Virus record (IMG/VR): IMGVR_UViG_3300009095_000020
Span: 1 to 49,259 of that record
DNA from: a virus
Lineage: Duplodnaviria; Caudoviricetes
DNA: 49,259 nucleotides
Strand: one strand, 5' to 3'
Part shown: positions 7,604 through 16,850 of the stretch, piece by piece
Layout of the letters: every line of letters starts with the position of its first letter
Numbering within the stretch: the stretch's first letter is position 1
Translations under genes and position numbers: made by a program
Notes under the pieces: model-generated
What the model was told of the DNA's origin: nothing
The model's database searches: none
The model's input: only the letters and a program-made list of their open reading frames with translations

Positions 7604-8116
7604 GTGACCACGATTCTCGCACCCGCCACCACGGCAACCAGCACCGCCGACCAGATCATCAACGTCCTCGCCACCTACGCGGACGAGCACCAGCTCGACA
7701 CCGGCGGCGGCCACCAGCGCACCATGCTCCTCGCCGCCCTCATCGTCCGCCTCTTCGAGCTGCCCGCCCACGAGGCCATCGACCTTGCCCGCCACGACGC
7801 CTACGACGAGCGCGTCACCGCCGCCGCCCAGGCCATGGACGAAGCCCTCGACCGGGCGCGGCGTGCCCGCCAGGCCGCCGAATGGACGCCCCAGCGCGGC
7901 GACGCCGTCATCTGGACCAAGGACGACCACAACCACGTGTGGAAGATCACCGCATTCGAGGACGACCAGCACGTGTGGCTCCGGCACCGAGACACCCCCA
8001 ACACGGCGGCCAGCACCTTCGCCGACCACCTGATCAGCCAGGGCTGCCACTTCGGCCCGCTCGCCGCCATCGCCGACCTGCGCCCCTTTGAGGACGACGC
8101 GGAGGCCGGCCGATGA
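7604..8116 (+). CDS. Hypothetical early protein
   Basis: GAAAGGA SD, GTG start, ATGA overlap downstream. Confidence 0.7.
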   Translation: MTTILAPATTATSTADQIINVLATYADEHQLDTGGGHQRTMLLAALIVRLFELPAHEAIDLARHDAYDERVTAAAQAMDEALDRARRARQAAEWTPQRGDAVIWTKDDHNHVWKITAFEDDQHVWLRHRDTPNTAASTFADHLISQGCHFGPLAAIADLRPFEDDAEAGR

Positions 8117-8376
8117 GCACGCTCACCCTCGCCACCGCCGAGACGGCCGCCAGCGTCCTGCACCGGGCCGCCCGCCGCGTCTCCGCACCCATGAACGCCA
8201 GCCTGCCCGAAGCCTTCCGGCTCGCCACCCGCGACCCGAACCTCTCCCGGGCCGCCGTCCAGCAGCTCGCCCACACGCTGGGCTTGCACCCGCGCGACCT
8301 GCCGCTGTGGGACGTCACCCGCACCCGCACGGACGTGGCCGCCATCCTGCGCATCGCCGCGAGGAGGACTCGATGA
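8113..8376 (+). CDS. Hypothetical early protein
   Basis: GGAGG SD; ATGA overlaps. Confidence 0.7.
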   Translation: MSTLTLATAETAASVLHRAARRVSAPMNASLPEAFRLATRDPNLSRAAVQQLAHTLGLHPRDLPLWDVTRTRTDVAAILRIAARRTR

Positions 8377-8642
8377 ACACCGCCACCACCTTCAAGACCA
8401 TCCCCGTCGAAGGCCGCGGCCTCCACGCCGGATACCGCAGCCACATCATCCTCACCGACAACGGCACCGTCGCCACCATCGAACGCATCGAGAAGGACGA
8501 CCGGGGCGGCCACACCATCCACTGGGCCCAACTCGACAACCCCATCGACCAGGAGCCCGCCACCGGCATCATCCACCTGCCCGACGGAGCGACCGTCGAC
8601 TGCATCCGCGCCGCCGACTGGGCCGCAAGGGGTGACCGCTGA
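8373..8642 (+). CDS. Hypothetical early protein (beta-rich)
   Basis: GAGGAGG SD; start reassigned to 8373. Confidence 0.7.
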   Translation: MNTATTFKTIPVEGRGLHAGYRSHIILTDNGTVATIERIEKDDRGGHTIHWAQLDNPIDQEPATGIIHLPDGATVDCIRAADWAARGDR

Positions 8643-8863
8643 TGGTCGCCCGAGACCTACACCACCGACAGATCGTCAGCACGCCGACCCTCAACGACGG
8701 CGCCCCGATCCGCATCAGCGACGCCCACCCCGACGGCCCCGGCCACATGGTCGTCATCTGGCAAGACGGACGCGGCCGAGGCGGCAGCCACGTCGACCGA
8801 CTGCCCGTCGGCATGCAACTCGACCTCATCGACGGCGGATGCACCCGAGGCGGCGCCCGATGA
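8642..8863 (+). CDS. Hypothetical early protein
   Basis: TGATG coupling. Confidence 0.65.
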   Translation: MVARDLHHRQIVSTPTLNDGAPIRISDAHPDGPGHMVVIWQDGRGRGGSHVDRLPVGMQLDLIDGGCTRGGAR

Positions 8864-9024
8864 AGCCCGAGAACGCCCGCGTCTGGCGCAAAACCCGCCG
8901 CGCCGCCGAGAAGTGCCTCCCCACCGGCCGACGCACCACACACCGCGTCGAGACGCAGACACCCAAGCCCCGCTCCACCTGGGAGCAACTCCTCAATCGG
9001 CGCAACACCTCGGACGGTGCCTGA
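8860..9024 (+). CDS. Small basic hypothetical protein
   Basis: ATGA overlap; GAGG SD. Confidence 0.55.
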   Translation: MKPENARVWRKTRRAAEKCLPTGRRTTHRVETQTPKPRSTWEQLLNRRNTSDGA

Positions 9025-9146
9025 TGGCCAAGACCGCACCCAAGGGCAAGCTCCCGTGGCTCCCGCCCGGCACCCCCTCCACCTGGATCTGCCACTGCGG
9101 AGCCGTCAACCCGCGCACTTCGACCCGCTGCCGGAAGGGCTGCTGA
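9024..9146 (+). CDS. 40-aa RanBP2-like zinc-finger peptide
   Basis: WICHCGAVN...RCRKGC; TGATG coupling. Confidence 0.6.
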   Translation: MAKTAPKGKLPWLPPGTPSTWICHCGAVNPRTSTRCRKGC

Positions 9147-9148
9147 CC

Positions 9149-9427
9149 ATGTGGATCGTCCGACTCACCGACCAGCCGCAGCATCGCCCGTACGGACCCT
9201 TCGAGGACAGGGCGGTCGCCGACCGATTCGCCGACTTCCTCACCGCCGAAGTCGACCCCGCCCACGTCGAGCCCCTCCACGGGCCGCCCGCCGAACGACT
9301 GGCCGACCCCGTCACCGAACTCCTGAACTGGCGCGACACCGTCCAGCGGCCGACCTGGCGCGGCGGCCCCGACATCGGAGCCGACGCCGAACACACCTAC
9401 CGCGAGGAGCAGGCCGACCGTGACTGA
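9149..9427 (+). CDS. Hypothetical protein
   Basis: Start reassigned to ATG 9149; typical codon usage. Confidence 0.65.
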   Translation: MWIVRLTDQPQHRPYGPFEDRAVADRFADFLTAEVDPAHVEPLHGPPAERLADPVTELLNWRDTVQRPTWRGGPDIGADAEHTYREEQADRD

Positions 9428-10286
9428 CCTCCTCGACGCACCCGCCATCGACGGCCCCGGCGTCTACGACATGCCCGAGCACGTCTACCACGCCGACCCC
9501 GTACCTGGCGGCTCACTGTCCAGCAGCGGCGCCCGCCGCCTACTGCCGCCGTCCTGCCCCGCCATCTTCCGGCACGAACAACTCAACCCGCCGCCGCCCA
9601 AGAAGGTGTTCGACCTCGGCTCAGCCGCGCACAAGCTCGTCCTCGGCTCCGGCCCCGACCTCGTACTCGTCGACAAAGACCGATGGGACGACAAGGACAC
9701 CAAAGCCAAGGTCGCCGACATCCGCGCACGCGGCGCCATCCCGCTCAAACGCCCCGAATACGAGCAGGTGCGCGCCATGGCCGACGCCATCCGACGCCAC
9801 CCCGTCGCCTCCGCGCTCTTCGACCCCGACCACGGCCAGCCCGAACAGACGCTCATCTGGCAAGACCCGGACACCGACGTCTGGTGCCGCGCCCGCCTCG
9901 ACTGGCACCCCAACGCCAAGCCCGGCCGGCGGCTCATCGTCCCCGACTACAAAACCTGCCGCTCCGCCAGCCCGCGCGCCATCGCCAAGGCAGTGCACGA
10001 GCACGGCTACCACCAGCAAACCGAGTGGTACCTACGCGGAGCCCAAGCCCTCGACCTCGCCGACCAGGACGCCGCGTTCGTCTTCGTCTTCCAGGAGAAA
10101 GAACCGCCCTACCTCGTCACCGTCGTCCAGCTCGACGACGAAGCCCTCCACCTGGCCCGCGAACGCAACCGCCGCGCCATGGAGATCTACGCCGCCTGCG
10201 TCGAGGCCGACTACTGGCCCGGCTACAGCGACGACATCGAACTCATCACCCTGCCTGCCTGGGCCCACCGCGAGGAGAACCTGTGA
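9420..10286 (+). CDS. RecE/exonuclease VIII-like PD-(D/E)XK exonuclease
   Basis: SLSSSGA, GSAAH, RARLDW, DYKT, HGYHQQ..WY, FVFQEK motifs. Confidence 0.9.
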   Translation: MTDLLDAPAIDGPGVYDMPEHVYHADPVPGGSLSSSGARRLLPPSCPAIFRHEQLNPPPPKKVFDLGSAAHKLVLGSGPDLVLVDKDRWDDKDTKAKVADIRARGAIPLKRPEYEQVRAMADAIRRHPVASALFDPDHGQPEQTLIWQDPDTDVWCRARLDWHPNAKPGRRLIVPDYKTCRSASPRAIAKAVHEHGYHQQTEWYLRGAQALDLADQDAAFVFVFQEKEPPYLVTVVQLDDEALHLARERNRRAMEIYAACVEADYWPGYSDDIELITLPAWAHREENL

Positions 10287-11215
10287 CCGAGATCGCCATC
10301 ACCAACGGGCAGCACACGCCCGCCGAAGTCGTCCCCACGGGAGCCTCAGCCAGCACGCTCGTCCTGTGGGCGTACGAGGCACGCCAAGCCGCCCAGGTGG
10401 CCACCTCCCTGGCCCGCACGAGCTTCGTCCCCGCATCCCTACGCGGCAAGCCCGACGACCTCACCGCCGCCATCCTCGCCGGCCAAGAGCTCGGGCTGCA
10501 GCCGATGGCCACCCTCCGGTCGATCGACGTCATCCAGGGCACGCCCGCCCTCCGCGCCCACGCCATGCGCGGCCTCGTGCAGTCCCGCGGCCACAGCGTG
10601 CAGGTGGTGGAGTCCACCCCCGACCGGTGCATCATGCGCGGCCGGCGGGCCGGAGAGCAGGACTGGCAGCAGGTCGAGTGGACGATCGCCCGCGCCGCCC
10701 AGCTCGGCCTCACCGGCAAGGACCAGTGGAGGAAGCAGCCGCAGACCATGCTCGTGGCCCGCGCCACCGGCGAGATCTGCAGGCTGATCGCCGCCGACGT
10801 CCTGTACGCCATGCCGTACGCGGCCGAGGAGCTCGACGGCGAATCGCCCGGTGGTGGCGGCGGTCCTGCGCGGGTCACCGTCGAGGAGATCGTCACCGCC
10901 CGGCAGGGGCCCGCCGAGCAGCCCGCGCCCCCGGCCGCGCCGGAGCCGGAGCAACCGCGCATGATCTCGCCCGCGCAGCTCAAGAAGATGGGCGCCGCCA
11001 TGCGCGAGGCCGGCCTCACCGACCGGGACGCCGCGCTCGCCTTTGTCAACGAGGTGCTCCAGCGGCCCGCCGACCGGCAGGTCACCTCCCGCAACGAACT
11101 CACCCTCGACGAAGCCTCCAAGGTGATCGACCGCCTGGAGCGCGAGAACGCGGCCCAGGACGACGGCGAGCCGGTGGAAGCCGACCTGGTCGACGAGCCC
11201 GCCGAGGTGGCCTGA
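10283..11215 (+). CDS. RecT/Bet-like single-strand annealing protein
   Basis: AAILAGQELGLQPM, WRKQPQTMLVARA, EEL; follows the RecE-like gene. Confidence 0.8.
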   Translation: MTEIAITNGQHTPAEVVPTGASASTLVLWAYEARQAAQVATSLARTSFVPASLRGKPDDLTAAILAGQELGLQPMATLRSIDVIQGTPALRAHAMRGLVQSRGHSVQVVESTPDRCIMRGRRAGEQDWQQVEWTIARAAQLGLTGKDQWRKQPQTMLVARATGEICRLIAADVLYAMPYAAEELDGESPGGGGGPARVTVEEIVTARQGPAEQPAPPAAPEPEQPRMISPAQLKKMGAAMREAGLTDRDAALAFVNEVLQRPADRQVTSRNELTLDEASKVIDRLERENAAQDDGEPVEADLVDEPAEVA

Positions 11216-12054
11216 TGTCCTGGCACCTCGGCAGACTCGCTGCCCTCGACTTCGAGACGACCTCACCCAACCCGCACGACGCCCGCATCGTCGAGGCCTA
11301 TCTCGGACAGGTCGGCGGCGGGCAGGACCCCATCGACCTGCCGCCCCTCCTCGTCAACCCCGGCGTCGAGATCCCCGAAGAGGCCACCAAGATTCACGGC
11401 CACACAACCGAGCACGTCCGCGAACACGGCATGCCCGCCGAGCAGGCGATCCCGCGCATCGCCACCGCCGTCGCGAACGTCTGGGCCAGCGGAACCCCGA
11501 TCATCGGGCATAACGTCCGCTACGACCTCACCGTCCTCAACGCCGAGCTGATCCGGCACGGCGAGCCGCCGCTGATCGAGTGGTGCGGCGGCTCGTACGG
11601 CCCCGTCATCGACACCCTCGTGATCAGTAAGCACGTGGACCGCTGGCGCCGCCGGGTGAGCGAGGAGCAGGGCGCCCACGCCCTCAAGACGTGCGCGACC
11701 GTGTTCGGCATCCCGTGGGTCGACGAGGACGCGCACGGCGCCCGCTACGACGCCCTCATCTCCGCCCGCATCGCCTGGCGGATGGGCGCCATCGCAGCCA
11801 TGCCGCGCAACCAGCGGCCCCGCATCCAAGCCGGACGCGGCGACGACCGGCACCTGTTCGACCAGCTCGCCGTCGACCTGCCCACCCTCCACGCCAGCCA
11901 GCAGCGGTGGGCCGCCGAGCAGGCCGCCTCCTACCAGGAGTGGCTGCGCAGCCCGAAGGCCGGCGACAAGCACGACCCGAACGCGGTGATCAGCGGGGCG
12001 TGGCCGGTCGAGCCCGCACCCGCCCGAGCAGAGCAGGAGGCGTTGACGCCATGA
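11215..12054 (+). CDS. DnaQ-like DEDDh 3'-5' exonuclease
   Basis: LDFETT, GHNVRYD, IDTL, AHGARYD. Confidence 0.9.
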   Translation: MSWHLGRLAALDFETTSPNPHDARIVEAYLGQVGGGQDPIDLPPLLVNPGVEIPEEATKIHGHTTEHVREHGMPAEQAIPRIATAVANVWASGTPIIGHNVRYDLTVLNAELIRHGEPPLIEWCGGSYGPVIDTLVISKHVDRWRRRVSEEQGAHALKTCATVFGIPWVDEDAHGARYDALISARIAWRMGAIAAMPRNQRPRIQAGRGDDRHLFDQLAVDLPTLHASQQRWAAEQAASYQEWLRSPKAGDKHDPNAVISGAWPVEPAPARAEQEALTP

Positions 12055-12386
12055 CCACCGACCAGCAGCACGAGACCCCTGCCGCGCCGACCGGAGACCC
12101 GGCCATCGCCGACACGCTCCGCAAGTTGTACGCCGGAGCGACCGCAGAAGCCGACCGGCTCGCCAGCATCGGCGGCCACGAACGCGATGTCGCCCGCGAG
12201 CACCTCCAGCGCGCCGCGGACGCCGACGAAGCCGCCATGGCGGCGAGGGCGTACGCGGAGCGGTGGCGCCGCCACCTGGAGTACGAGCTCGGCGGACCGG
12301 CGGACCTGCCCGGCGTGGTGGAGCCGCCGGTCGAGCGCGGCGGGCACCCGTACGAGAACGGCGCCACCGCGGCGGCCGGGTCGTGA
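12051..12386 (+). CDS. Hypothetical helical protein
   Basis: AGGAGG SD; ATGA overlap. Confidence 0.65.
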   Translation: MTTDQQHETPAAPTGDPAIADTLRKLYAGATAEADRLASIGGHERDVAREHLQRAADADEAAMAARAYAERWRRHLEYELGGPADLPGVVEPPVERGGHPYENGATAAAGS

Positions 12387-12604
12387 CCGGGCACGCGGCG
12401 TGGGCGCTGCTCCTGGTCGTCGTCATCGCGGGCGAGTACGTGTGGCTCCGCCCAACCCTCCGGGCCCGCCTGCGCCGCGTGCTCTGTGCCCCGTTGAGGC
12501 GGCGGGCACGCCTGGCCCGCCGCTCCCTGGCCGCCCTCGCCCGGGCGGCCACCGGCCGCCCCTACAAGCCCGTCCACGCCCCGCACAGGAAGGCACAACC
12601 GTGA
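12383..12604 (+). CDS. Small membrane-anchored basic protein
   Basis: GTGA overlaps; N-terminal TM. Confidence 0.6.
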   Translation: MTGHAAWALLLVVVIAGEYVWLRPTLRARLRRVLCAPLRRRARLARRSLAALARAATGRPYKPVHAPHRKAQP

Positions 12605-12852
12605 CCAGCTACACCCAGAAGTTCGAGAACCTGCAAGCCAGCAAGAACCTGCCCTGCCCCAACTGCGGCAAGAAAACCCGCAGGAGCCGCACCTTCTCCC
12701 AGACCATCAACCCGTTCAACAAGAACGCGGCCGGCCAGCCCAAGACCCGGCAGGAGATCCTCGCAGAACTGAACGAACGGGCCGCCGACTGGAAGCAGCA
12801 GCCCGAGCAGTGCACGCCGTGCGCCGACGCGAAGACGGGCGGCACCCGATGA
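12601..12852 (+). CDS. Zinc-ribbon protein
   Basis: CPNC...CTPC; GTGA overlap. Confidence 0.7.
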   Translation: MTSYTQKFENLQASKNLPCPNCGKKTRRSRTFSQTINPFNKNAAGQPKTRQEILAELNERAADWKQQPEQCTPCADAKTGGTR

Positions 12853-13298
12853 CCAGCCTCGACCTCGCCACCGGCGCGGTGCTCACCCGCGCCGCCAACC
12901 TGATCGTCACCGAAGGCCACGCCAAGGATGAGTTCCACACCCGGGATGGCTACTGCTCCGCCGGAGCTATTGGCAAAGTCTGTGGACTCGACCCGGAGGA
13001 CTGGAACGACGACCCCTCCTTCGGCCCCGCCGTCATCGATTACGAGACCGACGACGGCGGCTTCCACAGCGACGCCTACGACACCGACCTCCACACGTGG
13101 AGGACGCGCAGGCAGGCTGCACTCGACGCCGCCCGCGCCCTCGCCGCGCACATCACCCCCGACGTGCCGCCGGAGCAGATGTCGAGGCGCGAACTGTCGG
13201 AGCACATCGGCAACTGGAACGACCACCCCGACCGCACCCCCGCGCAGGTCGTCACCGCCATGCGCGACGCCGCACGCCAGGCGGTGGCCCATGCATGA
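12849..13298 (+). CDS. Hypothetical protein, DUF6197-like
   Basis: C..GAI...WND...RT..QV...MR.AA pattern. Confidence 0.6.
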   Translation: MTSLDLATGAVLTRAANLIVTEGHAKDEFHTRDGYCSAGAIGKVCGLDPEDWNDDPSFGPAVIDYETDDGGFHSDAYDTDLHTWRTRRQAALDAARALAAHITPDVPPEQMSRRELSEHIGNWNDHPDRTPAQVVTAMRDAARQAVAHA

Positions 13299-13473
13299 CG
13301 TCGCCCTCACCATCCTCTGGATACTCGCCGGCGCCATCGGCGGCCACTGGGCCTACGGCTCCCGCTACAAGCAGGCGCTCAACCGCATCATCACCGCCTC
13401 CAAACACCCGCAAGCGACCGGCTTCGGTGCCGCGCTGGAGGACGCCGACGAACTCCTCGGACGGCGACGGTGA
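13291..13473 (+). CDS. Small single-TM protein
   Basis: N-terminal hydrophobic helix; coupled. Confidence 0.55.
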   Translation: MHDVALTILWILAGAIGGHWAYGSRYKQALNRIITASKHPQATGFGAALEDADELLGRRR

Positions 13474-13631
13474 ACCGCCTCGACGCCTGGCTGATCGCCC
13501 TCCTCGCCACCATCACCGCCGCCGTGCTCGTCGCCACCGTTATGTGGCTTGCTCGCCAGCCCGACCCGACCGGTTACCCGGTTCCGAGCATCAGCCCACA
13601 GCCATCACCCACACCCGCCCAGGAGGCCTGA
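13470..13631 (+). CDS. 53-aa single-TM protein with Pro-rich tail; not in ORF track
   Basis: Hand translation MNRLDAWLIALLATITAAVLVATVMWL...; GTGA and TGATG coupling. Confidence 0.6.
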   Translation: MNRLDAWLIALLATITAAVLVATVMWLARQPDPTGYPVPSISPQPSPTPAQEA

Positions 13632-14122
13632 TGAGCCGCAACAAGGACAAAGGCTCCGCCGCCGAACGCGCCATCGTCGACTACCTCCGCCGCCTCGGCT
13701 TCATCCACGCCGAACGCCGCCTCGCCGGAGCCGCCAAGGACCGCGGCGACATCGCCGGAATCCCCGGCGTCGTCATCGAAGCCAAGAACCAGGCCCGCGC
13801 CGAACTCGGCGAATGGCTGAAGGAAGCCCACATCGAGCGTGACAACGACGGCGCGCAGATCGCAGCTGTCTGGCACAAGCGCCGCGGCAAGGCCAACCCC
13901 GCCGACTGGTACGTGACCATGGACGGCTCCACGTTCGCCGCCCTGCTCCAGCACTTCGCCGGGCTCGACGACACCTCCTCGCCCCCGCCGAGGAGGTGCC
14001 GTGCTCACGCTGATGGACTGGTTCTGCGCCGACACCGAAACCGAGATCCTCACCAACCGCGGATGGCGCCGCCACGACCAGGTCGCCGTCGGAGACCTCG
14101 TCGCCAGCCTCAACACCGCTGA
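13631..14122 (+). CDS. Holliday junction resolvase (PD-(D/E)XK type) with C-terminal overlap into the methylase
   Basis: KGSAAERAIVDYL, DRGDIAGI, VIEAKN, WHKRRG; AGGAGG SD. Confidence 0.85.
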   Translation: MSRNKDKGSAAERAIVDYLRRLGFIHAERRLAGAAKDRGDIAGIPGVVIEAKNQARAELGEWLKEAHIERDNDGAQIAAVWHKRRGKANPADWYVTMDGSTFAALLQHFAGLDDTSSPPPRRCRAHADGLVLRRHRNRDPHQPRMAPPRPGRRRRPRRQPQHR

Positions 14123-16850
14123 CGGCATCGCCCGCTGGGCACCGATCCAGCGAATGAACGTCTTCGACGTGGCCGACGAGAAGGTGTTGAAGGTCGAGGG
14201 CAAAGCGATCTCAGCATTGGTGACAGCCGGCCACCGCTGGCCCGTCCAGCAGCGCGTCAGCACACCATCCGGACGCCAGCTTCAATGGCAGATCCGCACC
14301 TCCGACCAGCTCACCCTGGAATCGTCGGTCGTCCGAAGCGCACCCTTCCAGCACCCGAGCCACCCCAGCCAGCCCGACGCGCTCGTCGAGCTGGTCGGAT
14401 GGGCATGGACCGAGGGCAGCTACCGCTCGAACGGCGGCATTCACCTGTCCCAGTCGCCCTCGGTGAACCCCTCGAAGTGCGAGCGGATCACGCGGGCACT
14501 GACCGCGCTCTACGGCCCTCCCATCGGCCGCGCTGGGCGTACAGTCGGCCAGCCTGCCTGGAACGTCGCGGATTACGAGGGAACCCGGTACTGGCGGCTC
14601 AACGTCGCCGCCGCAGCGCCCATCCTCGCCGCCGCCCCAGACCATGTGCTCGACCCGAACTGGCTGCTCACGCTCACCGCCGAGCAACTCGACCTGCTCA
14701 TCGAGACGTCGATGCTCGCCGACGGCACAACGCGGGTGCGCGACGGCGCGCGGGACTCGTCCCTGTCGCAGAACCGGCAGGACCGGGCCGAAGGGTTCCA
14801 GTTCGCAGCCATCCTGGCTGGCCGGGCCACGTCGCTCCACCGATGGGAGATGCAGCACAAGGGCGTCCCCTATCCGATGTGGCGGGTGTCGCTCCTGGAG
14901 CGGGTCACCGCAAAGCCGCTTCGCCAGGCCGTGGCCGAGTGGACCACCTACACCGGGATCGTGTGGTGCCCCACCGTCGAGCACGGTACGTGGCTGTGCC
15001 GCCGCAACGGCCTCGTGCACTGGACCGGGAACTGCGGTGCAGGCGGCAGCTCACAAGGTGCCCACGCCGTCCCCGGCGTCGAGGTGACCCGCGCCGCCAA
15101 CCACTGGCAACGCGCCATCGAAAGCCACGCCACCAACTTCCCCACCACCGACCACTACCTCGGCGACATCCGCGAAGCCCCCGTCGACCGCTGGCCCGTC
15201 TGCGACATCTTCTGGGCCTCACCCGAATGCCCGCAATGGTCCGTCGCCCGCGGCAAGAAGCGCGACTTCGACGCCACTCTCCAAGGCGTCCTCTTCGACG
15301 ACCCGGAGAAGGACGAGGAGGCTGAGCGGTCGCGCGCCCTGATGGAGGAGGTGCCGCTCTACCTGCGCGGCGTGCAGGACCGTGGCGGGCTCGTCCTGGC
15401 CGGCGTGGTCGAGAACGTGGTCGACGTACGCGCGTGGGATCAGTGGGACCGCTGGCTGAACGAGATCCGCAAGCTCGGGTACAGGACCCGTGTCATCGCC
15501 ATGAACTCGATGCACGCCCCCGCCGGCCGCACCCCGATGGCGCCGCAAAGCAGGGACCGGCTGTACGTCGCCTACTGGCACCGCACTCTCGGCCGCGACC
15601 CGGAATGGGACAAGTGGCTCCGCCCGGCCGCCTACTGCCCTACCTGCGATCAGTGGGTGTCCGCCGTGCAGGTGTTCAAGCAACCCGGCGCAGACATGGG
15701 CCGCTACCGGCAGCAATACGTCTACCGGTGTCCCCGCGCCACCTGCCGCAACGCCATCGTCGAGCCGTTCGCGCTGCCCGCCCTCTACGCCATCGACTGG
15801 TCACTGCCGGGCCAGCGGATCGGCGACCGCGCCCGGCCGCTCGCCGACAAGACGCTCGCCCGGATCCGGGCGGGCCTGCAGAAGTACGCCCGGCCGTGGA
15901 TCCTCGACAACAACCACTCGAACCGTGGCCGCGACGTGCTCGAGCCGATGCCGACGCAAACCACCGCCACGACCAAGGGCCTCGTGGCACCGCCGCTCAT
16001 GGTGCCCGCAGGCGGCACCTGGCGCACCGAGGCAACATCAGTCGAGGAACCGATGCCGACCCGGACGACGCGAGAGAACGACGGGGTGGCGATCCCGCCG
16101 TTCCTGGTGCCCCTCCGCTCCGGCCGCAACCGCAGCCTCCGGGCCGGCACCGAGCCGCTCGCAACCGTCGTCGCCGACGGCGGCAACCACGGCCTCGTCG
16201 TCCCTCCCCTCCTGGTCCCCGTCGAGGGCCGCGAGGGTAAGGAAGCCTCGCCGGCCGACGCACCGCTGCGCACCCAGACCGCCCGCAACGAGACAGGGCT
16301 GGCGTGGCTGCCGTTCGTCGCCGAACTCCGCGGCGGCGGCTCGGATGCCCGCTCCGTCGGCGAGGCCCTGGCCACCGTCACCGCCTCCGGCAACCACCAC
16401 GGCCTCGTCACCCCGCCCGGGTTCGTGATGCGCAACAACACGCCGCGCGGCGACGCCGCCCAGATGTGCACCCCGTTCGACGAGCCGGTGCGCACCCTCA
16501 CCGCCGCAGGTCACCAGTCGCTCGTCACCTGGGAAACCCTGCTCGTCCCCTACTACGGCAACGGCTACGCCCGACCCGCCACCGAACCCGTCGGCACCCT
16601 GTCCACCCGCGACCGGTACGCGGTCGTCAACGGGCTCGACGACATCCCCCTCGACGACGTGCTCTTCCGCATGCTCGAACCCCACGAGATCGGCCGCGCC
16701 ATGGCGTTCGGCCACGACTACGTGGTACTCGGCAACAAGCGGGAGCGCGTGAGGCAGTACGGCAACGCCGTCACCCCGCCCGTCGCCGAGATCATCATCT
16801 CCGCGCTGGTCGAGGCCATCACCGGCCAGCAACTGGAGCGCACCGCATGA
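14001..16850 (+). CDS. C5 DNA cytosine methyltransferase precursor containing an intein
   Basis: After splicing, motif I is DWFCGAGG; SPEC (IV), ENV (VI), QSRDR (VIII), YGNAV (X); repeated P..T.T units. Confidence 0.92.
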   Translation: MLTLMDWFCADTETEILTNRGWRRHDQVAVGDLVASLNTADGIARWAPIQRMNVFDVADEKVLKVEGKAISALVTAGHRWPVQQRVSTPSGRQLQWQIRTSDQLTLESSVVRSAPFQHPSHPSQPDALVELVGWAWTEGSYRSNGGIHLSQSPSVNPSKCERITRALTALYGPPIGRAGRTVGQPAWNVADYEGTRYWRLNVAAAAPILAAAPDHVLDPNWLLTLTAEQLDLLIETSMLADGTTRVRDGARDSSLSQNRQDRAEGFQFAAILAGRATSLHRWEMQHKGVPYPMWRVSLLERVTAKPLRQAVAEWTTYTGIVWCPTVEHGTWLCRRNGLVHWTGNCGAGGSSQGAHAVPGVEVTRAANHWQRAIESHATNFPTTDHYLGDIREAPVDRWPVCDIFWASPECPQWSVARGKKRDFDATLQGVLFDDPEKDEEAERSRALMEEVPLYLRGVQDRGGLVLAGVVENVVDVRAWDQWDRWLNEIRKLGYRTRVIAMNSMHAPAGRTPMAPQSRDRLYVAYWHRTLGRDPEWDKWLRPAAYCPTCDQWVSAVQVFKQPGADMGRYRQQYVYRCPRATCRNAIVEPFALPALYAIDWSLPGQRIGDRARPLADKTLARIRAGLQKYARPWILDNNHSNRGRDVLEPMPTQTTATTKGLVAPPLMVPAGGTWRTEATSVEEPMPTRTTRENDGVAIPPFLVPLRSGRNRSLRAGTEPLATVVADGGNHGLVVPPLLVPVEGREGKEASPADAPLRTQTARNETGLAWLPFVAELRGGGSDARSVGEALATVTASGNHHGLVTPPGFVMRNNTPRGDAAQMCTPFDEPVRTLTAAGHQSLVTWETLLVPYYGNGYARPATEPVGTLSTRDRYAVVNGLDDIPLDDVLFRMLEPHEIGRAMAFGHDYVVLGNKRERVRQYGNAVTPPVAEIIISALVEAITGQQLERTA
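14025..15032 (+). mobile_element. 336-aa intein with LAGLIDADG-like homing endonuclease region
   Basis: C1 ADTETEILT; block B VTAGHRW; LVGWAWTEG and IETSMLADG; block F VWCP; ends WTGN|C; removal restores FCGAGG. Confidence 0.92.
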
